From: Callorhinchus milii
Taxonomy: Eukaryota
Reading direction: 5' to 3'
Length of the DNA: 64,000 nucleotides
Assembly (NCBI RefSeq): GCF_018977255.1
Contig: NW_024704743.1
Coordinates: forward strand, 78,494,001-78,558,000
Positions 46,901 to 61,900 of the stretch are shown piece by piece. Below the pieces are notes generated by a model. The model saw only the letters and a list, made by a program, of their open reading frames with translations, had not been told where the DNA came from and ran no database searches. The position numbers and the translations under genes were made by a program. How positions within the stretch are numbered: position 1 is the first letter of the stretch; each line of letters starts with the position of its first letter.

Positions 46901-49900
46901 ACGATCGAAGAGGAAGCTCTTTAGACGGGACTTGAAGGAGACAAGAGAGAAGGTGAGGTGGAGTGATTGTGGGATAGAGTTACAGAGTGTGGGAGCAGAG
47001 ATGCTGAATGCCTGACTGCCATTTGGTGGAGCAGGAAGTGCTGGGGACCTGAAGCAGGCCGGTGTCCGGCGAGCGGACGGAGCGGATAGGCTGATATGGG
47101 GTTAGGAAGTCAGAGAGGTGGGGAGAGCAAGACTGTGGACCTTTGAAAGTGAGAAGAAAGGTTTTGTACTTGATTCTCTGCGGGATGGGGAGCCAGTGAA
47201 GCCAAGCAAGAGTGGGGATGATTGGCTCTCAGAGCCTGGTGTGGGAGACAACACGAGCTGCAGAGTTTTGAATAATCTTATGGAGAGTTGAAACAGCAGA
47301 TAAAGCTCTGGAACAGAGAAGACCGGAGATCAGAAGCCTGGGCTGAGAAAGGAGGAAAGAGGAAACACACAGAAGGCTGTTAATTCATACTTTTATTGCA
47401 GATCACTAGTTTAACAATCCACACTCTCTTCGCTCCACAGTTGGGTTGAACAGTGTAATGCTCACGTCATAAACTGTGTTTTCTTCTGGGAATCCTCCTT
47501 AAATCGCTCACAACTTGCAATGTGGTCCTGGCTCGATGCTGAGATCTTGCAGGTTGGTGTGAGTTTGCAGGGATCTCCCTATAGAAAACGCTGTTTATGT
47601 TGTGAGAATTCTTCTGGCCTTCACACACTGGTATATTAGCTGCCTTTTCCAACCCCACAATACACCAAATAATAATTAGACATTGAGAAAAGAGCTGCTC
47701 AGCAAAGCTGTGACATTACTGTCACCTTACGGCCACATGAGGAGTGTTTGAATGTAAACTGAATTTTTGCCTGGGAAACCCTATGTTCATTCTGACTTTG
47801 GATGCATTTTTGTATGAAATACAGTGGCAAAGTACTAGAACTATACTGCTTTCCTGTGGAGTGCTTCTCTAAAAACTGACCATTGGAACTGACCTCGTCC
47901 CCCACCCCCCACCCCAGATTTGAGCAAAATATTCCTTTTGTTTCTCTTCTTAAGTTCAAAACATTTCACTGTCATCTTGCTTGCTCGCCCAAGGGGAATA
48001 AAAAGCGGAGTTTCTCTCGGTGTTCTGTCCAACAATCCCCTAAATAAAATTGGTCATTTACTCCATGGCTGTTTGGAAGACATTGCTGTACACAAATTGT
48101 CTGCCATGTTCGCCTGTGAAATATGTAGTCACAATACTTTGCAGTAGTTGTGAAGCTTTGAGATGTCCTTCCGACGAGAAAGGTGTTATATCAAATGCAG
48201 AATTGTTATCATAATTATAACATGTGCACTGTATAGAAGAGGATAACGTAAATCACTTTGTGGATTATTGTATTATTGCAGTTCATGCAGTCCAATTAAT
48301 GAATAGTGAACAATTGATGCAAAGTTAGAGAATCTAAAGTAATTTAATATTTAATTGTTTTGAATGTTTGGGGAATTCACTGAATGGTTTGTGTTTCTGA
48401 ATATCTAGGAAGTGCATCACAAGCCAGATGAAAAACTGGAACAGGTTAGACACATGCCACAGACTAATGTTGGAATTCTGTTTCTGAGTGGATAATTGTC
48501 ATGTCAGGTGATAGGCTGACAGTAAGCTCAGGCTATAACTGAGCAGAGATATTTTGTGTTTTTGCCCTATGGTTCCTGCAGAAGATAAAACAGCATGAAG
48601 GGCTTTAACTTTAGAGTACCACAGAGTATTTTGTTGCTGTAGTTGGGCTTGAATTGGGGATGGTAGAGGGTCCGTGTGTAACTTCAGCTCTGAATTTCAT
48701 TCTATACTTGCTTTTGACATGCTGTACTTGCTTTTTGATGAGGGGCAAAAACATGACTTGCACACAGTAGAAGACAAAGTTGATCAAGTGCTTCTGTTTT
48801 ATTTTATTGTGTGTCCTTTGTTCATTGTAATAGAGTAATGGCAAAGCATCAAAACAGTCAAAGTGATTTTTACACAGTGCGACTTGATGAAGCCGAGCAT
48901 GTGATTTCTTTAGATTTCTATTGTTTTGATGAATTTTGTTCTCAGCCCATGACATCGGGGTTGTCCTAGCTGGGGAGCAGAACCCGTTTCCACTCTTGTC
49001 ACTCAGTATCAGCTCTAAAGAGAAACACGAGGGAGAAGGGAATGAATAGGGTATAAGAGGGAATAAGGAGTGGATGGAGACTCATGTGGAGTATAAACAA
49101 CAAGGGAGACTAACTGGGCTGAATGGTCTGTTTCCCTACTCTATATTCTATGTAAATCCATGTAAAGCACCCTCAAGTGAAGTATACCAGAGAGTAAAGC
49201 TCCCTCTAATCTGTCCCAATAATGTCTTTAAGCCCCAATCTCAGAAGAGCATCTTGTACAGCACTAAGGCAAATTTCCCATTGTCCACTCCAGCCAACCC
49301 TTGGAGGTTTGAGTGAGATAATCAATTGAGTATTAATTAGTGCTGAGTTATTGGCATTTTGTGTTATGAACCGTTGCCCATTAGGAATGGAGTTAAGACT
49401 GTCCAAATGCAGGACCCTGTCAGTAGAGAAAGGATTAGCCTGGGCTGGATAAAAATCCCTGAGGTAAAGTTTGAAGAAGTCACAAGATCACAAGATTAGT
49501 TTGGATGAAGAAGATCCTACAACCCATACGATCGCATCCTTCCAAACTTCGCATCCTAACATCTTCCTATCATAGCATCACACTGTTTTTTAAATGTGTC
49601 CTGGCTTCAACAACCCTTCCTGGTAACCTGTTCCAGTCACTAATAATCCTCTGCGTAAAGAAATATTCCCTGATGTCTGTCCTGAAATTGCACTTTACAA
49701 CCCTACAATTGAGCTGCAAACCTCACTATACATTTCCCACTGTTAAGCAGTTTCAAATTTGTAATTGTTAAGGTTAGCTTACAGCTTGACTTTAGTATTG
49801 GACATTGGAAAAAAATTGTTTTGCAGAAAAAAAACAACCCCAAACAAGGTGAGGCAAAGAAAGGGCTCCAAGGGCTCAGTGCGTTGACTTATGAAACTTC

Positions 49901-52900
49901 ACAGGTGAAGGAGCAGCATGATACAATGTCCAAGCACCTTAACCATGTCAAAGCAGTGATGCACACAAATCAACTGCTAACCGAGGGACTCCGAAATAAA
50001 CTGCTTCAGATATGGTGCCACATGCCTAAAAATGAAGTAAGGAGTTAATTCAAATTTGATTTTGATTCATCAATCACCCTGCAGCAATATTGTGGATAAT
50101 GAATGATTTATCTTAAAGTATGACAGACATAAGAGTTACAATCATTTTGCAAAATCAATATAGTTAGTGTTTCCTGTGAGTGTACAATGCTATAAGATAT
50201 CCATGTTTATTAAGAAATATATCCAAATGGTAATTTTGCACTCCCATCCTCCTCTCGTGTTGATTGTTTGACCAGCCTTGGTAACCCTTTGCCCTAGTGA
50301 TATGCTTCAGTCACGAGCCTAAGCTGTGTGCGTGGCCATGTTATTGCAACAGTGAAGACCATCACAGCCCAGCACAATCCGACTAAGATCCTTCCTGTTG
50401 CTATGGTTACTACAAGTATTCACCAACAACCACTCAGATACATCATTCACCGTCTCCATTATTTTATAGCTCTGGGAAGTGAAATGGGGCTTAGCCCATA
50501 GATACTTAAGAGGGGTGAAAAGTTGAAGAAAAAAACATTTATTGAGGTTCCTAAGTTGTTTTTTTTTAAAAAAGGTAGAAGAATACCAAGATGATGAAGT
50601 CAGTGAAGATGATTCTGGGAGTCTTCCAATATTTCCAAGGGAGGAATCTTCTGTGAGCAGTGGGTGTGAAGCTGAGGCAAAATCCATGGCAAAGCACAGG
50701 AGGAGCACATTAAAGGAATCGATTGAGAAGCCGCAATACGAAAGGACCGGTGATCAGCCTGAAGTGTGCTACACAATGGGGCTAGAGCGTGGCTTCAGTG
50801 AGCAAACTCATGCTGAGAAGATGCCGAAAATTCAAAATATCAGATCAGTGGAAGGAAGTGAGCCAGTAGAAGAGAAACCAACAACTACAGAAAAAATCAA
50901 CAAGTTACAAAACAAAGTTCTTCAAAATCTGGTCACTAATCTTGAACGTGTGACTGTTGCTACAGTCAGTGAAACAGGAATCGTAGTAAAACATCTGTCA
51001 GCAAGAGAGCAGTTGGTCATAACTTTAAAAAACTTGGAGAGCGCCACCAAAGAGTTGCAAGAATATAACCAGAGGATCATGCTAGCCAAAGGCACAATTG
51101 AAGACACCGCAGAGTCAGTTAAAGCAAGATTGTTAAAAATCCAGCAGGAGCTTCGAGAGATCGAAAATGCAAATAGAAAACTCCACTTACAGATTGAGAA
51201 GCTGAATGCCGATTATAGTCAAATGCAAGAGCATCACCATTCGGTAGTTCATGAGAACAAGAGTTTAGCAAACCAGTGCATGGAGCTGCAAACTCACTTA
51301 AACCACACAGCGACAGAAAATGAGGAAATGGTAACCCTCGTAGCAAAGCTGGAGAAAAAAGTTGAGGTGGCACTTGTGAGCCTAGCGGGAATCAAAATGG
51401 AAAAAAGGAAAGTGGAACAGAAATATCAGTCATTGAAGGTAAATTTCATGCAATAGCTTCATGAATTTGTTTTAAGAATGAAGGACCGGTGGGAGTAGAG
51501 TACTTCAACTTGGAAAGGAGGTCAGGCCATGGCAGTGACATGAACTATGGCAATTCCAGACCATCTGAACCTTCTTCCTGGATATCAGCCCAACCAACAT
51601 GAGAAAAGTCTTAATAACAACCGCATAACAGAGAGGCTGAAGAGTATAAAGACCAGAGCCCATCTCTCCTGAACTGCTGAGCCTAGGATGGAAACTCCCC
51701 ATTCCCTTGTTTCCACCTCCTTACAGCCAATACATTTCTCCAGATCTCCTATACACAATGCCACACAAACAAACACAGGTTTTCCAGCACATGCAGTACA
51801 TATATATGGGTGTCAATGTATGAATGCTGACAGGCAGTTTGACCAAGTCTTGTTTATTTTCACCCAAAAAATATACAGCCAATTCACTTTATAGTATATT
51901 CTGTGACGCACTTTGAGATGACTCAATGAGATAATAATGCAAGGATTGGTATTATGAAATACATCAATGTATAAAATGCTTAACAACATTTTGCCTCCAA
52001 GTAAATCTAATGTAAATGCGCATGTTATAATAATAATAATAATCCTTGCATTTGATATAGCGCTTTTCACATCGGGAGGACGTCCCAAAGCGCTTCACAG
52101 AACACACTGTAAAGTGAATTGATTGTATATTTGTGGGTGAACGCGGCAGCCAATTGCGCACAGCAATGTCCCACAAACAGTCGTAGATTGAAAATGACCA
52201 ATTTATTATTGTTTTTGGTTTTGGAGGGATTATTATTAGGCTCTGTGTGGAGTAAGGAAACTTGCCCAAGGTATCGCCCTGTCTGGAATTGAACTCAGGT
52301 CTCTCGCTTGCAAAGCGAGTGCTCAAACCACTGAGCTACAGGACTCCAAATGTTAGGGGTTTGGTTCATTCCTTCCTGAAAATCAAGAAGAAAAATGTAT
52401 TCATCCTCACTGTGACTGAGAATGTTTATTGCAAGGTGGCATTGGGAGTCGTACCCTTGCAAAGAGAATGAAATCCGAAGATCCCCTGAGTGACTAGTGA
52501 GTGGGTAAAGACATTGAGCTGGTACAGCACTGAGCCATACAGATCAAAAGGTTTCAGGTTCAAAACCCACTCAGTGTTGAGTTAGATTTTCTCACCCAAG
52601 GCAGTATGTAGTTTCACCCAACAAATTAGGTTAGAGGGAGTTAAGTCAGCCAGGATTCCTCCCCAAGTCACTAACCAAAGACCATTGTTGGAAGGTGCGT
52701 GACTCTATAGTATAGTTGGACGTGGACTAGACTGGACTTGGTCAAACTGCCTGTCAGCATTCATTATTAAAACCTATACATGAATAATGGATCTTAGGTC
52801 ACATACAGTTTACTGTGATGAACTGCACTGTTCTGCAAATTTTCTTCCCATCTCTTCAAAAAATAGGTCAAGCTAATGTGGAATCCCATAATAAGCCCAC

Positions 52901-55900
52901 ATTTACCAGGACATCATTCTCTAGACTCGACTGGGTTTTTATGTGTTACACATTTCTTTAAGGAGAAAATTATGTTGATCAAGCTTAAACCTTAACAGTG
53001 TTTATCTTGTGTTATTTTCATCTTTTAAGGATAATTATAAAAGCAAAGAGGAAGCCAGGATTGCAGAGCTGGAGAAGATTGACAAAAATTACACCACGCT
53101 TTCTGATGAGATTGAAATCCTTCGGGTGAGGTCTGAACAAGAGTACATTGACGCACAGAACTTAAAGCAGCAAATTGAGGAAGTTAAATATGAGAACCAG
53201 CGGCTTCAACAGGTAACAGAGGAGGAGATCAAAAGCAAGAAAACTGCAGAGTTAGGTGCCAGTAAATGGAAGAAGCAGTTCAAACAAATGATGACAGAAC
53301 ATCGAGAAAAAGTAGGTTCTTACATAAATGCATGAACTGCATAATTTTAAATTTTAAATGCATAAAATACAATTAACTGTATCTGACATGGAAAATTGCC
53401 TTAAGGACATAACGCTGAGAAAGAATTTGGGGTTTACTATAGTCTAGATCTTCTTTTTCAATCCTCTACCTCTGGCATTTGTTTTTGCTTAGACAGTATA
53501 TCTTTAACACACGAGTGAGCATTTTGACAAAGGACTGGTATAACTTTAAAGTACCAAAGAAAGTAGCTAGATTTATTTCTTGGAATAGACACCAGAAGGA
53601 GAAATTCCACCCAGGATTTACTTTATTTACATAGCATTTTAGAGGGTCTACAGTTTGTTAAATTGAATTCAGTCTTATCTTTAAAGCGTTTATATAGTTT
53701 AAAAAGAAGTTATGGAAAACCAACTGCAAAATTAAGGTTGAATTTAAGAATTGGCCAAAATGCCAAGTAAGTAGCAATTTGTATCTGGCATATCTGTAAT
53801 TTTATTATTATTATTAATTGTTAATAATTATTATTAATAATCCTTAATTTGGCATAATGCCTTTCACATCGGCAGGACATCTCAAGGCACTTTACAGGAT
53901 ATACTGTAAAATGTAGTGACGAGTGAACGCAGCCAATTTTCACATAGAAATGTTCCACGAATATACATGAAGTGAATGACCAATTTTATTTGGGGGATTG
54001 TTAGTCAGGACATAAAGAGAAACTCCCTTTTTTTGAATAGTGCTACGGAATCATTAATGTCCTCCTGTATAGGCAAATGCAATTACCACAAGGAAAGGAT
54101 ATGTAGTTGTTTTTATTTTGTACCAACAGCTGAACATTGACCCTTTTCTTGCCCACCCCATCCCCTTCTTCTTTAAGGTCCACTTGAACAGACAAATACG
54201 CTCTTGGTTTAACATCTCATCCAAAGGATGACACCTCCAACAATGCAGCACAAAATATTAATAAGCCTTGCTTTTGATATAGCACCTTATAATTTAATTG
54301 AAATGTTTTAAAGTACTTCACACATTGACTTTAAAGTGTAGTGGCCATTTGTCAGCAAATGCAGTTGCTAATTTGCACATACCAATGTCCCACATACAGC
54401 GATAAAGTCAATGACCAATTTTATCTGGGGTGGATTATTGGCTAGGACACCAAAAGAAATTTCTTTCTCCTTCAAATAATGCTAAACAAGCAAACAGGAT
54501 CTCGGTGTTACGTTTCATCCAAAGGATGGCACCTCTGACACCACATCGCTTAGCACTGCACTGCAGTGGAGTGTCAGCCTCCACTATAAATTCAAAGTCT
54601 CAATGTGGGGCTTGAACCCACAACCTCCTGAATTAGAGGCGAGAGCCAGGCTGACATCCATAAGAATGAAATACATCTGTATACTGAAATGAGTCTCATT
54701 CCAAGTAAGTCAACATTGGTAGGTCTAACATGAGCTTTTCTTCAAATTCCCCAAATAAAATATCTTTGCACATATATTTTCCGACAGAAACACGAGGACG
54801 AGATGTATTATACAATAAAAGTTATAAGAGAGAGAAAACTGAAAGCAGTATGTATAATATTTGTATTAAAGTAAATTATCTGTAAGGTACAGACAACCTT
54901 TCTGTTTCTTCTCTTCCTCTGTCTTTTGTTTGCTTAGGAAAGACAAACTAACATGATAGTGCAGACACTGAGTACTGAAATAACTGGATTGAAAGATATT
55001 TCAAGAAGAAAAGATAAAGAAATGAAAGAAAATATGAACATGCTGGAGAACATTATTCTGGTAAATAATAGGTTATGATTGTTGACAAGATATTTGTATA
55101 ATGAATTAATGCATATCACCCAAGCATCCCATTAAAGTACTGCAAGTATTTCCCCATGTAAGGCATGTTTCATCCATCGTTTATTGAAAGCCAACTGATG
55201 GTGGCTGGTTTGTCACTAAACACAACCAAATTTTAAGGCAATGATCTTAAGGCTAAAACCACAAGAAATATTGTGCCTTACAATATTCAAAAATAGCCAA
55301 TAAACCTGATCAGATATATGAAATTGTTCTGTTCCTTATAAGTTGTATTACTTATATGAAGCTTTGGGATACTTTTTTTAAAATAGTTCATTTCACAATT
55401 TCCATTTAGGATATAAAGATTCTGCAGTCTGATTTATCAAGGAAAGGACCTTCGGAAAAAGGGGATTTTGCCACCACCACTTGTGCCAGGAGAACCAGCC
55501 GTATGTTGTCCAAAATTAACACAATCCTCACTTCAATGGAAGGCTTAATGGTTTCTCAGGTAAGTCAGATCAGAGTTACAATAATGCCTATACGGTGGTT
55601 AATTGGTCACAGAGCTGGACACCTCTCTTTATGTACAGTATGTAATGTAATAATAAACCTTGCGTTTGATATAGCACCTTATCATGTCCTCGAGATGTCT
55701 CAAAGTGCTTTACAGAATGTATTGTAAAATGAATTGACTGTATATTTTATGGGCAAAATGAGAAAGATGAAAGCTAAAAGTAGTGGTACTGGAGTACTTG
55801 TGACAAAAGTATTGATGTGAGCTCCATCATTTTTTTAGACTCATTATTTTTTGTGTAGCTTGTCAAAAATCATCAACAACAACAAAGTTACATTTATAGA

Positions 55901-58900
55901 GCGCCTTTCAAGTTGGGAGGACATCCCAAAACGCTGAACAATCAGGTGTCGGGCCCGAGCATGGGGGAGGGTTGGTGTAGAGGTGAGGGAAGGCAGAGAG
56001 GTAGGAGGGAGACCAAAGGCACAGTCGAAGAGAAGGGTCTTGAGACCGGCCTTGAAGGAGGCAAGGGAGGAAGCGAGGCGAAGGGACCGTGGGATGGAGT
56101 TCCAGAGTGTGGGGGCAGAGAGGTTGACAACCCGGCCACCGATGGAACAGCGGATCAGGCGGGAGACATGGAGCATAAAGTCTTACTTTATAGATTTGTC
56201 CCCAATACCATTGTACCTTGGCTGCTGATACTCACGGAGGGGATAACATGTATATAAATATATACAGTAGTTGTCAATCATGTACATTAATATATGTAAA
56301 GCCACTTTGCCCGGTGTAACAGTTTCCCTATGTTCTGATGGTTCAGATCTAGCAATCTGATCTGATCCAGTCAAAGATAAGAGCATTGAAAAGATGAAAG
56401 CTGCCGAGAAACTGTGATATGCACTTAGAAGTAAGGATGAAAGAGAGTGAATGAAAGAAAGAGGGAAAAAATGTAAATAATATGTCATATTTTATTGAGG
56501 TCAAAGCCATATGACAGAAATCCATATGCCCATTTGCTGAGGTGAACTTGACTCTGTCGAACATTAGTGCCAATAGTATCTGTGCCAATAAAATAGAGTT
56601 CATTATAACGTACAAAAACAATCATAACAACAACAACAAAATTACATTTGTGTAACACCTTTCACATCGGGAGGACATCCCAAGGCGCATCGCAGTCTTT
56701 GGATGCAAGCTGGGGGGCAGGATTGAGGAGGATGGAGGGCAGGGGTGGAAAGCAGGGAGATCGAAAGCACAGTCAAAGAGGAGGGTCTTGAGATGGGTTT
56801 TGAAGGAGGCAAGGGAGGGGACAAGGTGGAGGGACTGCAGGATAGAGTTCCAGAGGGTGGGGACAGAGTGGCTGAAGGCCCCCCTGCCAATAGTGGGGTG
56901 AGTGAGGCGGGGACGTGAAGCAGGCCAGAGCCCCCTGAGCGGAGGGAGAGGGCAGGATGGTAGGAGGTTAGGAGGTCACAGAGGTAGGGGGGAGCAAGTC
57001 CATGGAGGGCTTTGAAGATGAGGACCAGGATCTTGAACTGTATCCTTTGTGTGATGGCAAGTCAGTGGAGTCGCGCGAGGATGGGGGTGATAGGGTCACG
57101 GAGCCTGGTATAGGAGAGGACATGGGCTGTAGAGTTCTGGTTGATCTGCAGCCTGTGGAGGGAGACGTTGGGAGGCCGACAAGCAAGAAGTTTCCATAGT
57201 CAAGCCTGGATGTAATGAATGGGTATACGAGGGTTTCAGCGGTCTGCGTTAAGACAATAGCAGAGCCGGGTGATGTTGCGGAGATCGAGGAAGGCAGAGC
57301 AGGTCATAGCACAGATGTGTGGTGGGAAGGATAGTTGAGGGTCAAACAAGCTGCCAAGGTTCTGGACTGGCTTAGTAAGGTGGAGTGTGCATCCATGGAT
57401 GGTGATGCTGTCAGCGTCTGAGGTGAGGAGGCGCTGACGGGAGCCAATCAGGAGAGCCTCGGTCTTGTTGACGTTCAACTGAAGAAAGTTAGCTCTCATC
57501 CAGGACTTGATGTCTGACAGACATTCTGTCAGGACAGCAGTGGTCCTGGAGTCAAGGGTCGAGGCAGAGATGTACAGTTTGGTGTCATCCGCATACATGT
57601 GGAAGTTGACCCCCATGTCTGCGGATGATGTCACCAAGAGGGAACATATAGACATTGAAGAGGAGGGACCAAGGACAGAGCCCTGAGGAACGCCACACAA
57701 GATGGCGGGGGCTAGAGGAGAAACCATTTGTGGAGATGAAGTGGAGGCGGTGTGAGAGGTACGATCTGAACCAGTCAAGGACAGAGCCATGAAGGTTGAG
57801 GTGAGAGGAGAGGCAGTGGATGAAGATTGAGTGGTCGACTGTGTCGAAGGAAGCAAAGAGGTCAAGGAGGATGAGGAGGCAGAGGGAGCCCTGGTTGCAG
57901 ATGGACAGAATATCATTTGTCACGTTGGCCAGGGCTGTTTCTGTGCTGTGGGAGACACGGAAACTCGATTGGAGGGATTTGTGAAGGAAGTGGCAGGAGA
58001 GGAAGGAGCGAAGCTGGGAAGTAACAACTCATTCCAGGATCTTGGAGAGGAAAGGGAGGTTGGAGATGGGGAGGTAGTTTGAGAGCAGAGATGGGTCCAG
58101 GGAGGGTTTTTTAAGCAGTAATGACAGCTGTTTTTAAAGGGGTGGGAACAGCACCAGTCGACAGGGAGAGGTTTATGATGTCTGTGAGTAGAGAGGCAAG
58201 GAGGTGGAGCTGGGAGAAAAGGAGAGGGGAAGGGATGGAATAACTATACAGAATCAAGTCATGCAAATATGGACTGATTTCAGATTGACCGCTGGAGTTT
58301 AGTTCCTACAGGTTGTCAGGATTCCTTATTGAGAAATCCTTTAACAAATATTGCACATTAGACCCCATTGGCTAACAGTTAAGACATGAAATATGGTGTG
58401 AGCTGTCATGTAGTTCAAGCAATAAATGGAGATGGGAGTTGTATTTACAAAGTTGTGGGGTGTGGTTGACAGGGTTCAAAGAAAGATACTACCATAGAAG
58501 TAATTGTTCCTTATGTAATTTAATTTGGACTGGAAGACAGGAGCACTAAATGTAACTTCCAAGGCTTTCTTTGAGCAGTTTTTCATTGTTGAACCTGAAA
58601 ATTCTCTGTATTCTCTCACGAATGTCATGTGAACATAAGGATCATGGTGTATAATGTTGCTCTGTTCCAGGAATCCAATGACTACTCTACCACCGTCTGT
58701 TCAGGTGGTGACACTGGCGATGAAAAAGTTAGGGATTCAAAAGAAAAAGCACATGGAATAAACACGAAGAGAAGGTGTTTAAAACAGCAGGTGAATTAAT
58801 CTTTGCTTTCAATGAGCATTTAGCAAACAAAGATTGTTTCAAACACATTCTCAGACAAAAAGTAATCCTGATCTGTTGATGTGGGATGTATTCATAAATA

Positions 58901-61900
58901 GCATCTTGATTACAATTTTATATTCTGTGGCCTAGTAATTATTATGTTTCAATTCCCAATTGTTTTCACTCCAATAGGACAACCCTGTTTTAACACAGTG
59001 TCACGATCGTGAGTAAAAACAATTAAACACTGTGTTATAACAGGTGTCAGGTCACCACTTAAAACACTTCCTATGCACATGAAAGGCTGTTAACTTTATT
59101 TCCTTTGTGAAGTGCTGTCAATAGTGCTTCTTGTAAATAGCATGCATGCACAGTACACAGAAAGTGCCATTAAGCTGTACACACTTGCATACAACATGCA
59201 AGAATTGATGTCATGGACTCAGTGAGAGCCTAAAAAGAGTGTGAGCTAGGAGGTGATGGGAGGGAGACAGAGGTAATAGGCTTTAAAAGGTTAATGATGC
59301 CTTCAGTTCTACAAATTCATGCAGCCTTTATATAATAATGCCTAAATTTGATATAGCACCTTTCACGTCAGAAGGACATCTCAAAGCCATTCATGGGATT
59401 TTCTGTAGAGTATAGTAACTGTTACTTTGTAGTAATACCTTGCACACACATATCCCTTGTCTAATATGTACCTTGTGTTTTTTCCGGTGCCAAGCTCTGC
59501 CACTTTTAAGCGCTCCGTGATGCAACCCTGCGTGAAGCAAAGAATATGAGATAAGAAAATGTTTCACACTGATATATTTGTTTTTCAGAAATGCAAAGAA
59601 AGTGAATTGTGTATGAGAGATATATTAAGCAACTTTGCAACTTCCCATAATAGCAAGGTAAGCAAACATATTAAAGAAGCAGGACTACATTTTAGTTTTA
59701 AAAGGTTTCCCTTTGTTAGTTATTTTCTCCTTTTTTAAAAATCCTTTCACATCCAGAAGTGGGAACTCTACCTGTGCCAAAGTTTAGTAACGAGTTTTGG
59801 GAGATGAATCAGCACCACAATTGGTTCGCCTTATATGGGTTTGGTCCCCATTTCCTCCTTGGGATTTATGATCAGCCGATGTCTCCGACACGTGTGAAAA
59901 CCTATCATCATTCTTAAGAATATCCATACATATATAAAACTCCAAAGTTCCACATGTGCATGCTACCTACACATGTACACATGGAAAATTCCCTCTGTCA
60001 GGAATGAAATGTAATACTCTCTTCCTGGAGGGGCACACCCTGCTCACCAAATCCCGGAGAGTGTTAGGTGCAGATTGGCAAAAGCCAAGGCTTGGGGACC
60101 CCAGAGTGTACATCATGGTACTGCTGGAGTTTAACCAACTAAAACTCCATAGCTTGAAAGAGCTGTCTAGGAAACTTTCCCATTATTTCTCCAGCTACAA
60201 CTACCCTGCTACGGAAATGTGCCTTCATTTGCTTGCATCGCAGTGTTTCTGCCTGCAGTATTATGATGCTTTTGCACTTCTTTAAGGGTTTAAGTTAAAG
60301 CTGAAAACAATTCTGATCATTGGATTTAGTTGGGTCCCTTAATGAACTTTTGCCCTTTGAAGAATTCAACCTTTAGTTCTCAGAAAAGTTTGGTTTTGAT
60401 TAATCCCAGCATCTACTTTTTACTTTGTTCCTTCCTGGGTGACTTGCATAATCTGTTGCCCTTGACTGAGGAATTTGTTTGAATTGTCTTTAGATGAATC
60501 AGTGCTCCATTCCTCCATTCTCTCGCTTTTCTTTCCCTCCTGTATTCCTGCTCTGCGGTTTTCATGTTCATCTCAATAATAAGTATCATTACAATTCAAA
60601 CTTCAGAAAGAAACAGTGCAAAAACGTATAGCGAAAAAGAAGGAGACTTGTAAGACAATTGCATCTGAAAATGTGAAACTTCACAAATGTGTGAAAGAGC
60701 TAACATGCAAGGTATTAAACTTTTTTTTATTCTTTATTGATCTACTGTTATTAACTATATACAATATTATATATATTTTAAAATTCCCCTGTATTTAGGG
60801 TTCCACTTTTTGAGGGATTCACTTTTAGTCCAGTGTAAAAAGGATTTTGATATTCAATATATGAATAATATTGTATTTTTGAATAAAAACATATTCCTGT
60901 CTCCATTAACAAATTCATTAAATTCATTAACATTCATGCCGGCACAGACACGATGGGCCAAATGGCCTCCTTCTGTGCTGTATAATTCTATGAACACCCT
61001 ATTTATTTTGTGTTTTTACACCTAATTGAAACAGAGTAGAATAAATCAAAGGCTGGGGAAGCTATTTTATTTGCACCATTTCATTTTACAGTCCAGCCTC
61101 TCTAGAACACAGCAGTTGGGATGGTTAAAATGAGTCCCACGTTATAACAGGACGCCTTGTAGTGCAGCTTCTTATCAACACTTTCAGGGTTGTCAGGCTC
61201 ACTGATGACATGACTGAGCCCCATTACACCTGCACGTCGTGCCTAGAGAACCATCCAGGCCGTTCGTCCTCACAAGCATTTCCGGGGTTTTTTCTGGGAA
61301 CTCAGGTGACTTGTAGAAGCCGACTGCCCTTGTGTGCCTTTCAATAATTAAAATAGTTTGTAAGACAAATGAAGAGAGTATCTTGTATAGGTTTGTGTTT
61401 TCCAAGTGTGAACCAAACCTCTGCCAGGAACTATTGCTAATGTTTAGCACCACAGAAGAAGTTACAACAGCAGGGATTCTTGAAAATGTGTGCGACATGC
61501 AGCAAGTGACATCAACAGCGACCTGTTGACCCAGACCTTGGGCACTGACCATATTATACCGAGGCTCCTGTGTATTGAATGCAGTAGGATTGGAAGGTCC
61601 TAATCATGGGTGGCAAAACCCATTAGAGACCAAATTGCTTTGGACCAAATTATTAGTTGAGTTTAGCGGGTGGGTGGCATTAACTCTCAAATCTGTTGAT
61701 AATTAGACATGTTTGAGACCACACTTATTGACCAGTCAATAATTATCCCTGCAATAATTATGACATTGACTGTTGTGATTTCATCCCAGTAACTTATTGC
61801 TATTATGCACTTGTGGATAGAGTGTCAGGAAGTTAATTAAACTCCCCACCTTAACTTCATTCTTTCAACAGGTTGACAATTTCAACAAAATAATTCAGTT

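Noticed and set aside
49827..49848. 22-nt micro-exon with AG/GT ends
   Set aside because: Phase 0->1 would break the frame into the large exon.
56353..56430. Possible extra CAGE1-like exon (QSDLIQSKIRALKR...)
   Set aside because: In-frame TGA, and the gene model is phase-complete without it.
61196..61220. Hairpin enclosing CTGATGA (hammerhead or box C-like); similar CTGATGA...GAAA at ~25892 and ~42861
   Set aside because: No stem II/III geometry or matching box D arrangement, so probably chance.
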